A stretch of 50,298 bases of DNA, taken from NCBI GenBank assembly GCA_022614735.1, contig JAKEHZ010000090.1, positions 1-50,298 on the forward strand. Reading direction: 5' to 3'. Position 1 is the first letter of the stretch. Each line of letters opens with the position of its first letter. Shown piece by piece: positions 22,635-32,497 of this stretch. This stretch comes from Acidobacteriota bacterium (GTDB taxonomy: Bacteria; Acidobacteriota; Blastocatellia; RBC074). Both the position numbers and the translations under genes were made by a program. The notes beneath the pieces were generated by a model, which did not search any database, had not been told where the DNA came from, and saw only the letters and a program-made list of their open reading frames with translations.

Positions 22635-24128
22635 TTATTTTGACGTGTTACTCACTTTCGCTGCCGGCGCCGTTTTCTCCGCCAGGGCAAAGAGCTGGTT
22701 GCGGTTCATGATGAACAATGCGCCATTAGCCGGAACCGGGGTCGAATAGACTGAGCTGCCCATATTTAGTTCGGCCAGCACCTTCTTCACTCTGCCTGTC
22801 TGCAAGATAGCGACATCGCCGTCTTCATCGCCGAGGTAGACTTTCCCATCTACAACAAGCGGCGATCCCCAAATAGCAGCGAACATATCGTGCTGCCAGA
22901 CCTCTTTGCCCGTCTTCGCATCGACGCAATGCAGGAAGCCGCTGAAGTCGGGGTAGTAGAGCAGGCCATCATGCAACGCTCCAGTCGAGATCGAGCGGCG
23001 AATCTTATCGAAATGCCATATGAGACCGTCCTTCGTCAGATCACCACGTTTGGTCGCATCGATGCAATAGAGATGGCCGACGCCTTCACCGTGCTCGGGG
23101 TCCTGGCCATTTGCGATGTAGACTTTGTTTTCGTAGATGACCGGTGTGCTGATGATCTCATTACGCGTCTTGGGCCAGGTCGAATCCTTCGGGTTGGTAT
23201 CGAACTCCCAGAGCTTCTTGCCGGCCATGGCTTCGTATCCGCGCACCCAGCCATCGCCTTCGCCGATGACGACTTGAATGACATCTCCGATCTTGCCCAC
23301 TGCGGGTGATGACCACTGTCCATGCAGAATTCTGTCTCCGACATTGTTGGCTTCCCAGACGAGCTTGGCCGTATTCTTGTTGACCGCGACCATCGATGGG
23401 GCTTTCGGCGATGGGATATTGACGTGGCTCTCATCCTGGCCATTCGATGTGCTGACGAAGATCAAATCGCCGTACATAACCGGTGAACAGTTGGCGAGGT
23501 TGTGTGGATGCGCACCCACTTCTTCAATCATGTCGAACTTCCAGATAATGTCGCCATCATTCTTGCCCGTCAGCTTCTCTTCTTTGAATGGCCCGTCGTT
23601 CTCACCATCGTGGAAGCCCTGTGTGTCTGCGCAAATCAACTCAGCGCGGTTCGACACATAATAAACTTTGTCGCCCTCGACCAGCGGCGATGAGGCTACG
23701 CCCTGGTATGGCCAATCGTTGACGCGGCCGGCAGCGAGTTTCTCATGTGTGATTTGCCACATAAATTCGCCGTCCGATTCACGGAAGCACATGACTACGC
23801 CACGATCACCGCCCTGCTTCGGATCGCGCAAACCCTCGTTGTTTGTGCCCAGGAAAACAAACCCGCCGGCAACAACCGGATTGCCGTAGCTTTGCGAGCC
23901 GAGCGTTGAAACCCATTTGACATTAGTCTTTTTTGTGATGTCCCAGTTAGCCGGAAGTCCTTTCATGGACGAGACCATGTTGCGATCCGGCGTCCCGCCC
24001 CACATCGGCCAATCACCTTTCCCGGTCTCAGATGCCGCAACATAATGAGTAATGATCAGAGCGATGGCGAATAAAAAGATGATCGCCAGTGAACGGTATG
24101 TCTTCGATTCAAGAATGCTAAATTTCAT
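22635..24128 (-). CDS. PQQ-like beta-propeller repeat protein, paralog 2 (signal-anchored)
   Basis: The ATG at 24128 gives MKFSILESKTYRSLAIIFLFAIALIITHYVAASE, followed by GDWPMWGGTPDRNM and propeller blades. The longer ORF-track start reads through hairpin IR8. Confidence 0.82.
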   Translation of the reverse strand: MKFSILESKTYRSLAIIFLFAIALIITHYVAASETGKGDWPMWGGTPDRNMVSSMKGLPANWDITKKTNVKWVSTLGSQSYGNPVVAGGFVFLGTNNEGLRDPKQGGDRGVVMCFRESDGEFMWQITHEKLAAGRVNDWPYQGVASSPLVEGDKVYYVSNRAELICADTQGFHDGENDGPFKEEKLTGKNDGDIIWKFDMIEEVGAHPHNLANCSPVMYGDLIFVSTSNGQDESHVNIPSPKAPSMVAVNKNTAKLVWEANNVGDRILHGQWSSPAVGKIGDVIQVVIGEGDGWVRGYEAMAGKKLWEFDTNPKDSTWPKTRNEIISTPVIYENKVYIANGQDPEHGEGVGHLYCIDATKRGDLTKDGLIWHFDKIRRSISTGALHDGLLYYPDFSGFLHCVDAKTGKEVWQHDMFAAIWGSPLVVDGKVYLGDEDGDVAILQTGRVKKVLAELNMGSSVYSTPVPANGALFIMNRNQLFALAEKTAPAAKVSNTSK

Positions 24129-24167
24129 ATTTGATCTCTCTTCATCGTTTTCATTCTTAACGTTCAG

Positions 24168-24222
24168 CATCAGACTGGATTTTGTGGGATGGCGGTGCCA
24201 TCCCACAAAATCCAGTCTGATG
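24168..24222. repeat. Perfect 26-bp stem, 3-nt loop hairpin IR8
   Basis: catcagactggattttgtgggatggc (24168-24193), loop ggt, then gccatcccacaaaatccagtctgatg (24197-24222). It sits 3 nt from the stop at 24226, between co-directional genes. No U-tract follows on either strand. Confidence 0.95.
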
Positions 24223-24225
24223 AGA

Positions 24226-26505
24226 TCACTTGTTCGGTGTGACCTTGATATTATCAAAATAAATTTCATTCGGCGCATCGGCAAATATGCCCGCACTTCC
24301 GTGATGGTTCCCGATCGGGTCAGTCCTTTCGATTGTCCATTTCTCCGGCTCCGGTTCTGAAGCAAGCCACGCTTTGCCCAGCGCACGGGTCTTGCCATCA
24401 GGCAGATTTTCTACTCGTAGTTTCAATCGGTACCAGGTATCCGGCTTCCAATCGAATTTCATGTGTACCGTGCGTTTCAGTTCGATTTGCCACGAGCGCA
24501 ATTCAATCTTCTGAGCATTGCCGAAAAGAGCGAGTTCGTATCGTTGCGCGACGACGCCGGCATCTCCCATCTGACGGCGTTTCTCGATCGCCCGTACATC
24601 AGCTTCTATCGTGTAGTTCGACGTTTCAACTGCGCCGAAGAAGGATCGCGTGCGCTTAAACGCCGGATTGTCGGCCTTCTTGACGAGCACCTTATTGCCA
24701 TCGACCTCACGCGCGACGTATTTGCCGGCAGTGTTGAGCCACGTGCGCGGCGGCTGGTCAATAGCCACGCCGCTGAAATCTTCGATGTAAGGCAGAGCCG
24801 GAACCACTCGTATACGCGCAATACCTGTCACGCCGCCCACCGTCGCCTTCAAAGTCCCGCCTTGCGTTCCTGCCTCAGCCGCAGGTGTGAACTGGTTATT
24901 TTGGGATGTGCCCTTCAATCCATCAAGTGTAAACGTCAAGTTTGTTTCTTCTCGAATAAACCTGCCGTGATCGTCAAATAAACGAACTTTGAATTTAAAT
25001 GCCTCGCCGGGCTTCATCACCAGATCAGCAGGCATCACCTGGACATGACTGATGGTGGCTCCAGCAGGAGCATTCTCCACCTTCTCTACGACTGGCGGCA
25101 GGTCGGGATTTTTCTTCTTACCGATGGCATAGATGTGCTTGGTCGAAACCAGGTAGATCCGACCTCGCGAAACAGCTACACCAGCTATGATCTGCTCATT
25201 CGACGCGATCAAATCATCGCCTTCGGTCGTTTTTGTATCGACCTTGTCCACCGGCTCAAGTTCATCTTCATCCAAGATCTCGGCGCCCTTTGCGCTCGGC
25301 CTCAAAATGTAGAACTTTCCATTTTCAGTGCCGACGTAAAGTTTACCGTCTGCGAACACCGGTGAGGCTTTCTGGATTGTGCCAAGGTTTTTCACCCAGA
25401 GATTTTTTCCGGTATTGATGTCGAATGCGAAGAGATTCGATCCCGCGTCAACTTGATAAAGCCTATCACCGTCAATCACCGGAGACGATGGACCGAGCTG
25501 AAAGTTTGTGAGCGACCATTTGATCTTGTCTTTGTTCGATTCCTTTCCGATAGCGCCCTTCGCCGTTGCGTCGAGCGCCGCCAGGTGCCCCATCTCACTG
25601 ACATCCAGGTTTTCTTCCTGATGCGAAACGAAGGCGATGTTGCCCTTCATGACTACCCCAGGATTGATGCCCCGTTTGCTCATCAGATAATTCCAGACAG
25701 GCTCGCCGGTGTTTACTTTGATTCCGTAGACGGCGCCGTCACCACCTCCGGCAATCATCAGTCGTGTGCCGTCAACCGTAGCCACGACAGGCGTCGAATA
25801 AGTCGTGTCGTAAGGTCGGCCTCCCGGTGTGCTGATCCATACGCATTCGCCCGTTCGCTTATCGAAGGCGTAGTAGCGATGGCGTCTCATAAACAGATCG
25901 GCGAAGCCATCGGTCACCGTACTGACAATTACCAGGTCTCCTTCTATGATCGGCGAGACGGTGCGACCGCCGTGTGTCGTCCAGGCGCCGTACTCATCGG
26001 TCAACGAGCGCGACCAGAGCAGCTTGCCGTCATTTGACAATGCTACCAGTTCGGCAGTCGCGCCATACGCATAGACGTTGCCTGTCGATGGATCACCAGC
26101 CGGTGATGACCAGGCGATGCGCCGCGGCGGCACGTCACTCGAATAGACGTTGAAACGGTACTCCCAGAGCTTCTTACCGGTTTCTGCATCGAGGCAAAGA
26201 ACGCGCTCCTGCATCGTTTCGCCCTCGCCTGCCGAGTTGAACACAAAAACTCGCCCATTCATCACAATCGGCGCGGAACGTCCGCCATAAGGTGCTTTCC
26301 ATAAAAGGTTCTCACCCTGATGCGACCACTTCTCCGGCAGGTTCTTTTCCATCGAGATCCCGTCGCGTGTGGGACCGCGCCAATCAGCCCAATCGCTCCC
26401 GCTCTTTGCGCGCGCGGGCGATTGCGCCGAACTGCCCCAGAGTGAGAGAAAAATGAGAAACAGAGTGAGTGATAAAAGAGAGATTAGCCTGAGCGAAACT
26501 TTCAT
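24226..26505 (-). CDS. Secreted PQQ-like beta-propeller with Ig-like and ConA/LamG-like (DUF1080-like) C-terminal domains, paralog 3
   Basis: The ATG at 26505 gives the signal peptide MKVSLRLISLLSLTLFLIFLSLWGSSAQS, followed by SDWADWRGPTRDG and propeller blades. An Ig-like segment is HVQVMPADLVMKPGEAFKFKVRLFDDHG. The C-terminal jelly-roll-like domain ends in IYFDNIKVTPNK. Confidence 0.78.
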   Translation of the reverse strand: MKVSLRLISLLSLTLFLIFLSLWGSSAQSPARAKSGSDWADWRGPTRDGISMEKNLPEKWSHQGENLLWKAPYGGRSAPIVMNGRVFVFNSAGEGETMQERVLCLDAETGKKLWEYRFNVYSSDVPPRRIAWSSPAGDPSTGNVYAYGATAELVALSNDGKLLWSRSLTDEYGAWTTHGGRTVSPIIEGDLVIVSTVTDGFADLFMRRHRYYAFDKRTGECVWISTPGGRPYDTTYSTPVVATVDGTRLMIAGGGDGAVYGIKVNTGEPVWNYLMSKRGINPGVVMKGNIAFVSHQEENLDVSEMGHLAALDATAKGAIGKESNKDKIKWSLTNFQLGPSSPVIDGDRLYQVDAGSNLFAFDINTGKNLWVKNLGTIQKASPVFADGKLYVGTENGKFYILRPSAKGAEILDEDELEPVDKVDTKTTEGDDLIASNEQIIAGVAVSRGRIYLVSTKHIYAIGKKKNPDLPPVVEKVENAPAGATISHVQVMPADLVMKPGEAFKFKVRLFDDHGRFIREETNLTFTLDGLKGTSQNNQFTPAAEAGTQGGTLKATVGGVTGIARIRVVPALPYIEDFSGVAIDQPPRTWLNTAGKYVAREVDGNKVLVKKADNPAFKRTRSFFGAVETSNYTIEADVRAIEKRRQMGDAGVVAQRYELALFGNAQKIELRSWQIELKRTVHMKFDWKPDTWYRLKLRVENLPDGKTRALGKAWLASEPEPEKWTIERTDPIGNHHGSAGIFADAPNEIYFDNIKVTPNK

Positions 26506-26838
26506 ATGTGGGTCACCTTGAAGATCAGATTCAGTATTCGGGTTATTATCCATAACCGCTGAAGTCCAATACTCGATTTAGCAACCTTGGGTTGCGTCAT
26601 TTTTTCCTAAGCTTGATTTGTATGAAGTAAAACTATAATTTGACGCAGACCACAGTTCAAGGTCGAGTTTACCGAAACTTTACGGTCTATTAGTACGTTT
26701 TTGCAGCTAGCCTACTGGATTTCTGAGCCCTTTCAGGTTGGAAATTGGAACAAATTACTGGATCGCATCCTATCAGTACCGCGAGCAGTAGCCAGAGGTA
26801 TTGATAAAGATCATAAGATTTTTTCGCGGGAGTAAAAA

Positions 26839-27645
26839 ATGCAAATACATCGCTTACTCATTTTGCTCTTATTTCAGCTGATCCACATCAGCATTTATGC
26901 TCAAAATATCAATGAGGAGCTGATTCTTGCAGCGCGTAAGAGCAATGTTGAAGCGGTCAAGGCGCTTCTGGCGAAAGGCGCTGATGTCAATACGAAGACC
27001 GAATACGGCGCGACTCCTTTGTTTTACGCCTGTGATCGCGGGAGTATCGAAATCGTAAAGATACTCCTCAATGCCGGAGCCGATGTGAACATTACGGACA
27101 AGTTCTATAACTCGCCCCCGGTCTTCTGGGCAGTGATGAAGGATCACGGCGCAGTCGTCAAACTTCTGCTCGAAAAAGGAGCGCGCACCAAAGAATCGGT
27201 GATGTCTTCCGCCGCCGGCCAGGGGAAGAAAAACGTGGTCAAAAGCGTCCTGGAATTGGGCGGCTTCAGCCCGGACGCGCTGACCGCTTACCTGGCAGCA
27301 GCCGAGAAGAACGGACATACGGAAGTTGCCGAGATGCTCAAAAATGCCGGCGCGAAACCCAAGCCCAAAGTCGAATACAAAGTCGATGCCGAGACGTTGA
27401 AGATCTATGAAGGAGTCTATAAAAACGATCAGCTCGAGTTCACTTTCAGAGTGAAAGACGGGAAGCTGGTCGGCGGGCCTGCCGGTCAGGAAATTACCCT
27501 GGTCCCTGTTGACAAACATACGTTTGAACCTGATGGTGCAGCAGGTGTCACCGGTGTCTTCAGCGTCGAGGGTGAAAAGGTCATCAGTCTGACAGTCAAG
27601 CAATCCGGCGGACAAGTGGTATTGAAGAAAGTGGAGGCAAAATAG
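26839..27645 (+). CDS. Secreted ankyrin-repeat protein with a small C-terminal beta domain
   Basis: The signal peptide is MQIHRLLILLLFQLIHISIYAQ. There are 3-4 ANK repeats (LILAARKSNVEAVKALLAKGADVNTKTEYGATPLFYACDRGSIEIVKILLNAGADVN...). The C-terminal 90 aa are beta-rich (YEGVYKNDQLEFTFRVKDGKLV). A GGGAG Shine-Dalgarno lies upstream. Confidence 0.82.
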   Translation: MQIHRLLILLLFQLIHISIYAQNINEELILAARKSNVEAVKALLAKGADVNTKTEYGATPLFYACDRGSIEIVKILLNAGADVNITDKFYNSPPVFWAVMKDHGAVVKLLLEKGARTKESVMSSAAGQGKKNVVKSVLELGGFSPDALTAYLAAAEKNGHTEVAEMLKNAGAKPKPKVEYKVDAETLKIYEGVYKNDQLEFTFRVKDGKLVGGPAGQEITLVPVDKHTFEPDGAAGVTGVFSVEGEKVISLTVKQSGGQVVLKKVEAK

Positions 27646-27647
27646 AG

Positions 27648-29063
27648 ATGAGGTATTCAAGATTTCTTTCAGAACACAATGGAATGAATCCTCAGATTCT
27701 ATCCGTGTTTTATGCTCTGGCACTGATGCTCACCCTCGCGACGCCAACCCCAGGCCAAAACTGGCCTTCGTTCCGCGGTCAGAACGCCTCGGGTGTCGCC
27801 GACGGCAAACCGACACCGGTGAAATGGGACGCCGAGAAAAATACCAACATCTCGTGGAAAGTTCCGATCCCCGGACTAGCCCACTCCAGCCCTGTTGTCT
27901 GGGGAGAGATGATCTTCGTCACGACTGCTGTCAGCAGCGATCCGAAATCTTATTTCCGTCATGGTCTTTACGGCGATGTGGATTCGGCCGAAGATATGTC
28001 CAGGCACTCCTGGAGGGTCTATTGTCTCGAAAAGAAGACTGGCAAAGTACTTTGGGAGCGCGTCGCACACGAAGGAATTCCGAAGACCAAACGTCATATC
28101 AAATCGACATTCGCCAACTCGACACCCGTCACCGACGGCCGATATGTCATAGCTTTCTTCGGCTCTGAAGGTCTCTATTGCTACGACTTCAAGGGCAATT
28201 TGAAATGGAAACAAGATCTGGGAGTGCTTGACGCCGGTTGGTTCTTCGATCCGGACTATCAGTGGGCCACAGCCAGCTCGCCTATCATCTACAAAGATCT
28301 GGTCATCCTGCAATGCGATATTCAGAAAGGCTCATTCATCGCAGCCTATAATATGAAAGATGGCAAGCAGGCCTGGAGAACGCCTCGTGAGGAGATTTCA
28401 TCGTGGGGCTCACCGACGATAGTTGAAGGCAAACAGCGTGTCGAAGTCGTGACCAATGCAACGAAAGCCGTTCGTAGTTATGATCCGATGACCGGTAAAG
28501 AGTTGTGGAAGCTCATTGGCAACCCTGAAGTCACGGCAACAACACCGGTCTCGGCCCACGATCTGATCTTCATCTGCAACAGCTATCGCCCGAATCAACC
28601 TATCTATGCCATCAAACAAGGTATAGCTACCGGCGACATTTCGTTAAAAGACGGTAAAACTTCCAATGATTTCGTCGCGTGGAGCATGCAACGGGGCGGT
28701 ACCTATATGCCCACGCCGGTCGTTTATGGCGATTACCTCTACCTCTGCGCCAATCACGGCGTGATGACCGTCTACAATGCCAAGACTGGAGAACGAATTT
28801 ATCAGCAGCGCATCGGCGATAAAGGCGGGTCTTACAGCGCCTCACCAATTGCCGCCAATGGTAATATTTACCTCTCGAGCGAAGACGGCGAAATTTTCGT
28901 GGTTAAAGCCGGGTCGAAATACGAACTACTCTCAGTTAACCCTATGGGTGAAGTGCTGATGGCCACGCCCGCGATTTCAGATGGAATGGTTATCGTGCGC
29001 GGGCAGAAGCATGTGTTTGGAATTTCAGAGAAACCTGTGGATAACTCGAAATCTGGAAAATGA
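27648..29063 (+). CDS. Secreted PQQ-like beta-propeller repeat protein, paralog 4
   Basis: It starts 2 nt after the ankyrin gene stop. Motifs include QNWPSFRGQNASG and the blades EKKTGKVLWE, NMKDGKQAWRT, DPMTGKELWK and NAKTGERIYQ. An alternative start is the ATG at 27684. Confidence 0.82.
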   Translation: MRYSRFLSEHNGMNPQILSVFYALALMLTLATPTPGQNWPSFRGQNASGVADGKPTPVKWDAEKNTNISWKVPIPGLAHSSPVVWGEMIFVTTAVSSDPKSYFRHGLYGDVDSAEDMSRHSWRVYCLEKKTGKVLWERVAHEGIPKTKRHIKSTFANSTPVTDGRYVIAFFGSEGLYCYDFKGNLKWKQDLGVLDAGWFFDPDYQWATASSPIIYKDLVILQCDIQKGSFIAAYNMKDGKQAWRTPREEISSWGSPTIVEGKQRVEVVTNATKAVRSYDPMTGKELWKLIGNPEVTATTPVSAHDLIFICNSYRPNQPIYAIKQGIATGDISLKDGKTSNDFVAWSMQRGGTYMPTPVVYGDYLYLCANHGVMTVYNAKTGERIYQQRIGDKGGSYSASPIAANGNIYLSSEDGEIFVVKAGSKYELLSVNPMGEVLMATPAISDGMVIVRGQKHVFGISEKPVDNSKSGK

Positions 29064-29075
29064 GTTGGAGGAAAA

Positions 29076-30458
29076 ATGATTTTTAGAAGATCGACTATCG
29101 GATTGCTCGCAATTCTACTCACTTACATACTCACCACAGATAGCTCACTTTTGCCTGTGACTGATGCCTCGGTCTCTTTATCGAACTGGCCGCAATGGCG
29201 CGGGCCTGAGAGCCAGGGCATCTCGACCGAAAAGAACCTGCCTACCGAGTGGAGCGAGACGAAGAACGTACTCTGGAAGACACCGGTCCAGGGTCGGGGC
29301 TTTTCGCAGCCCGTCATTTGGGATAATCAAGTCTTCCTGACCACCGATGTCGAAGGCGGTCCCGCGCCCGGCTCCCATAAGCCACCGACACACATGGCCG
29401 GCGATAAGGAGTTCACCCATCCCGAGTGGGACGGCATTGACAAGCTCCATACTTTCAAAGTCCTCAGTCTCGACCGCGATAACGGCAAGATTCTCTGGGA
29501 AAAGACCGCTTATGAAGGCACTGTCTACGATTACCGCCACAAGCGCGGAAATTATGCCGCGCCCACACCGGTCACCGACGGAAAGTATGTTTGGGCATAT
29601 TTCGGTTCAGAAGGACTCCACTGCTATGACTTCAAGGGTGAGCTGATCTGGAAAAAGTCGCTCGGCCCCATCGGCACGATGGGAATGGGCGTAGGATCTT
29701 CACCAGTGCTTCACGAGAACCTGGTAATCCTGCTTTGTGATCAGGAGTTCAGTGGAAAAGAATCATTCATTACTGCGTTGGACAAGAAAACGGGTAAAGA
29801 AGTTTGGCGGACGCCTCGCCAGATAGGCGTTAGTTGGGCAACGCCGGTGATTGTCAAATCCGCCCAACGGAGCGAGTTGATCACAAGCGGCCACCAATTT
29901 CTGATAGCATACGATCCCTCAACCGGCAAGGAACTCTGGCGTGCAACGGGATTGAAAAGCCATGCCATAGCCACACCCGTCGTGGGGCATGGCCTGGTGA
30001 TCCTCTCTTCCGGATATCCCTCAAAAGTCATCGTCGCCTTGCGCCCGGGAGGTTCAGGCACGATTGACGAAACGGACAAAATCGTCTGGCGATATAACAA
30101 GGGCACGTCCTACGTCCCATCGCCGATCTTATACGGCGATTACGTCTACCTGATGAGCGATGGAGGCATCCTGACCTGCTTGAACGCCAGAACGGGTGAA
30201 ATAATTTACGAAGGCGGGCGCGTACCCATAGCCACGAAATTTTACGGTGCATCGCCAGTGGCATTCGATGACAAGATTCTGCTGACGAGCGATGACGGCG
30301 ATACGTTCGTGATAAAAGCCGGGCCGAAACACGAGGTGCTGGCTACCAATTCGATCGGCGAACCGGTAAGGACATCGATTGCGATTGCCAATGGCATGTT
30401 GTTTATTCGGGGGGATAAGCATTTGTTTTGCATCGGTCGCAAGACAAACGGGACCTGA
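29076..30458 (+). CDS. Secreted PQQ-like beta-propeller repeat protein, paralog 5
   Basis: A signal peptide is followed by SNWPQWRGPESQGIS. It aligns with paralog 6 over the whole length with a majority of positions identical by eye. Confidence 0.85.
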   Translation: MIFRRSTIGLLAILLTYILTTDSSLLPVTDASVSLSNWPQWRGPESQGISTEKNLPTEWSETKNVLWKTPVQGRGFSQPVIWDNQVFLTTDVEGGPAPGSHKPPTHMAGDKEFTHPEWDGIDKLHTFKVLSLDRDNGKILWEKTAYEGTVYDYRHKRGNYAAPTPVTDGKYVWAYFGSEGLHCYDFKGELIWKKSLGPIGTMGMGVGSSPVLHENLVILLCDQEFSGKESFITALDKKTGKEVWRTPRQIGVSWATPVIVKSAQRSELITSGHQFLIAYDPSTGKELWRATGLKSHAIATPVVGHGLVILSSGYPSKVIVALRPGGSGTIDETDKIVWRYNKGTSYVPSPILYGDYVYLMSDGGILTCLNARTGEIIYEGGRVPIATKFYGASPVAFDDKILLTSDDGDTFVIKAGPKHEVLATNSIGEPVRTSIAIANGMLFIRGDKHLFCIGRKTNGT

Positions 30459-30486
30459 GTATTATGGAATCGGGAGTAAACTAACA

Positions 30487-31848
30487 ATGAAACGAACGGG
30501 AATACTGCTGCTTTCCGCTTTGGCTATTAGTTTGATCGCTTTCACTGCATTCAAAACTTCTTCAGTCAAAGCTACATTTAACATCTCCAATTGGTCGCAA
30601 TGGCGCGGTCCAGAAGGTACGGGTATATCTACCGAAACCAATGTTCCTACCGAATGGGGTATCAGCAAGAATATTAAATGGAGTACGGAGATCCCCGGTC
30701 GCGGACATTCCTCGCCGATTGTCTGGGGCAACAAAGTTTTTCTTACCACCGACATCGAAGGCGAAACTGTGACGGGCGCAAAAGCTGTTGAGCATAAACT
30801 CGGGGGACAGGTATTCGTCCATCCAGACAGCGTAGGGGCAAATCGCAAACATACATTCAAAGTGCTTTCCCTTGATCGCACCACAGGTAAAGTACTATGG
30901 GAACAGACGGCATATGAGGGTACTGTTTACGATGATCGCCATCGCAAGGGCAGCTATGCCGCGCCAACTCCGGCCACCGATGGCACTTACATTTTTGGCT
31001 GGTTCGGTGGCGAAGGAGAAGGTTTGTACTGCTACGACTTCAATGGCAAGCTGATTTGGAAGACCCCGGTCGGCAAGGTCGCGAGCATCGGAATGGGCCC
31101 GGGTTCTTCGCCAGTGATCTACGAAAACACCGTAATACTGCAATGCGATGAAGATGAAGGAAAGAATTCATTCATCGTTGCGCTGGAGAATAAAACCGGA
31201 AAAGAAGTTTGGAAGATCCCCCGCAAAGTACAGGCAAGCTGGTCAACACCGCTTATTGTCCGAACTGCTCAACGCGCAGAGCTTATTACGAGTGGCAACG
31301 AGTTGATTATCTCCTACGACCCGAAGACCGGGAAAGAATTGTGGCAAACAAAAGGCCACGGCAGCAATGCAATTCCAACCCCTCTTGCAGGTCATGGAAT
31401 GGTCTTCGTATACGCAGGTTTCCCGGCAAAGAAAACCATGGCCATCAAGCTCGGCGGCTCAGGTGACATCTCTAACAGCGCGAATATTGTATGGCAGTAC
31501 GAGAAAGGCACAGCTTATGTACCTTCCTCGATACTTTATCGTGATTACCTCTACCTCATGACAGACCGTGGGATACTTACCTGCCTTGATGCTAAAACCG
31601 GCCAGCTGATTTATGAAGGTGGGCGCATACCCGTGCCGGCCACCTTCACGGCTTCACCTGTAGCTTTCGATGGCAAGATATTGCTGATGAGTGAAGACGG
31701 GGATACTTACATTATTAAAGCCGGACCGAAGCATGAGGTACTCGCGATCAATTCGATCGGTGAGCCGATCTATTCCTCGCCCGCTATTTCCGATGGAATG
31801 ATCTTCATTCGTGCCGAAAAGAATCTGTATTGCATTGGTTCGAGGTAA
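30487..31848 (+). CDS. Secreted PQQ-like beta-propeller repeat protein, paralog 6
   Basis: The ATG at 30487 gives MKRTGILLLSALAISLIAFTAF, followed by SNWSQWRGPEGTGIS. The ORF-track start at 30379 would overlap the previous gene. Confidence 0.85.
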   Translation: MKRTGILLLSALAISLIAFTAFKTSSVKATFNISNWSQWRGPEGTGISTETNVPTEWGISKNIKWSTEIPGRGHSSPIVWGNKVFLTTDIEGETVTGAKAVEHKLGGQVFVHPDSVGANRKHTFKVLSLDRTTGKVLWEQTAYEGTVYDDRHRKGSYAAPTPATDGTYIFGWFGGEGEGLYCYDFNGKLIWKTPVGKVASIGMGPGSSPVIYENTVILQCDEDEGKNSFIVALENKTGKEVWKIPRKVQASWSTPLIVRTAQRAELITSGNELIISYDPKTGKELWQTKGHGSNAIPTPLAGHGMVFVYAGFPAKKTMAIKLGGSGDISNSANIVWQYEKGTAYVPSSILYRDYLYLMTDRGILTCLDAKTGQLIYEGGRIPVPATFTASPVAFDGKILLMSEDGDTYIIKAGPKHEVLAINSIGEPIYSSPAISDGMIFIRAEKNLYCIGSR

Positions 31849-31852
31849 CATC

Positions 31853-32344
31853 ATGATGAAAATGAGATATACAATCATCGCGCTCTCCAGCTTTATTCTC
31901 GCTTCCGCATCAGTAACCGCATCATATAAACCCAATTTCAGCGGGAAGTGGGTATTGGACAAAGATAGGAGCTTCAGCAATCCGGCGGGTCTCGATCAGA
32001 CGATGACTGTCACTCACACTGGCGACCAGGTCAAAATGGAAGCTCATCTGAAGACTGCCAGAGGCGAGTTTGATGTTAATGAGACCTACACGCTTGATGG
32101 CAAAGAGACTGATTTCACCCCGCAGAACCCACCGAATGCCAAAGGAAAACGCAAATCGTCGTGGCTGCCGAACGGACTGGGGATCTTGATCAATGATGAA
32201 ATTTCAGCTGAGGGCAAGATCGTCAATCAGATAACCCGCAAATGGACTCTATCGGCTGATGGCAAAAGGTTGACGGTAGACTACTACATCGACGATCAAA
32301 GATTTTCCTATGAATCCAAACGCGTCTTCAATAAAGTGGAGTGA
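31853..32344 (+). CDS. Small secreted beta-rich (lipocalin-like) protein
   Basis: The ATG at 31853 lies 4 nt after the preceding stop. The signal peptide is MMKMRYTIIALSSFILASASV, followed by FSGKWVLDKDRS. It totals 163 aa. Confidence 0.6.
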   Translation: MMKMRYTIIALSSFILASASVTASYKPNFSGKWVLDKDRSFSNPAGLDQTMTVTHTGDQVKMEAHLKTARGEFDVNETYTLDGKETDFTPQNPPNAKGKRKSSWLPNGLGILINDEISAEGKIVNQITRKWTLSADGKRLTVDYYIDDQRFSYESKRVFNKVE

Positions 32345-32346
32345 CT

Positions 32347-32497
32347 AACAGTTTTCAGTTGTAATTACTAAGCCGGTGGTGCAGTACGGGGAGCGTCAGC
32401 GACCTGAGCCTCATCAAGAGGTCGTTTTATCAAGGCTCAGGTCGCTAACGCTCCCCGTACTGCACCACCGGCTTAGTAGTTACAACTGAAAACTGTT
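32347..32497. repeat. Intergenic palindrome IR9 (about 65-bp arms, 2 mismatches) between convergent genes
   Basis: aacagttttcagttgtaattactaagccggtggtgcagtacggggagcgtcagcgacctgagcct pairs with aggctcaggtcgctaacgctccccgtactgcaccaccggcttagtagttacaactgaaaactgtt. It exactly fills the gap between the stops at 32344 and 32498. Confidence 0.95.

Noticed and set aside
24129-24398. N-terminal extension of propeller paralog 2 in the ORF track; similar long starts at 26553, 30379, 37993, 43010, 41273, 7297 and 820
   Set aside because: The extensions read through hairpins or overlap upstream genes. Internal ATGs with a Shine-Dalgarno and a proper signal peptide give better models. Several track starts are TTG or GTG.
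26580-26604. Terminator-like hairpin gcaacc-ttg-ggttgc followed by a T6 run in the divergent region upstream of the ankyrin operon, plus a possible TTGATT-N15-TATAAT promoter at 26614-26640
   Set aside because: The stem is only 6 bp and 4 nt separate it from the T-run. No upstream + strand gene is present for it to terminate. The promoter spacer is short. I cannot tell these apart from chance in an AT-rich region.
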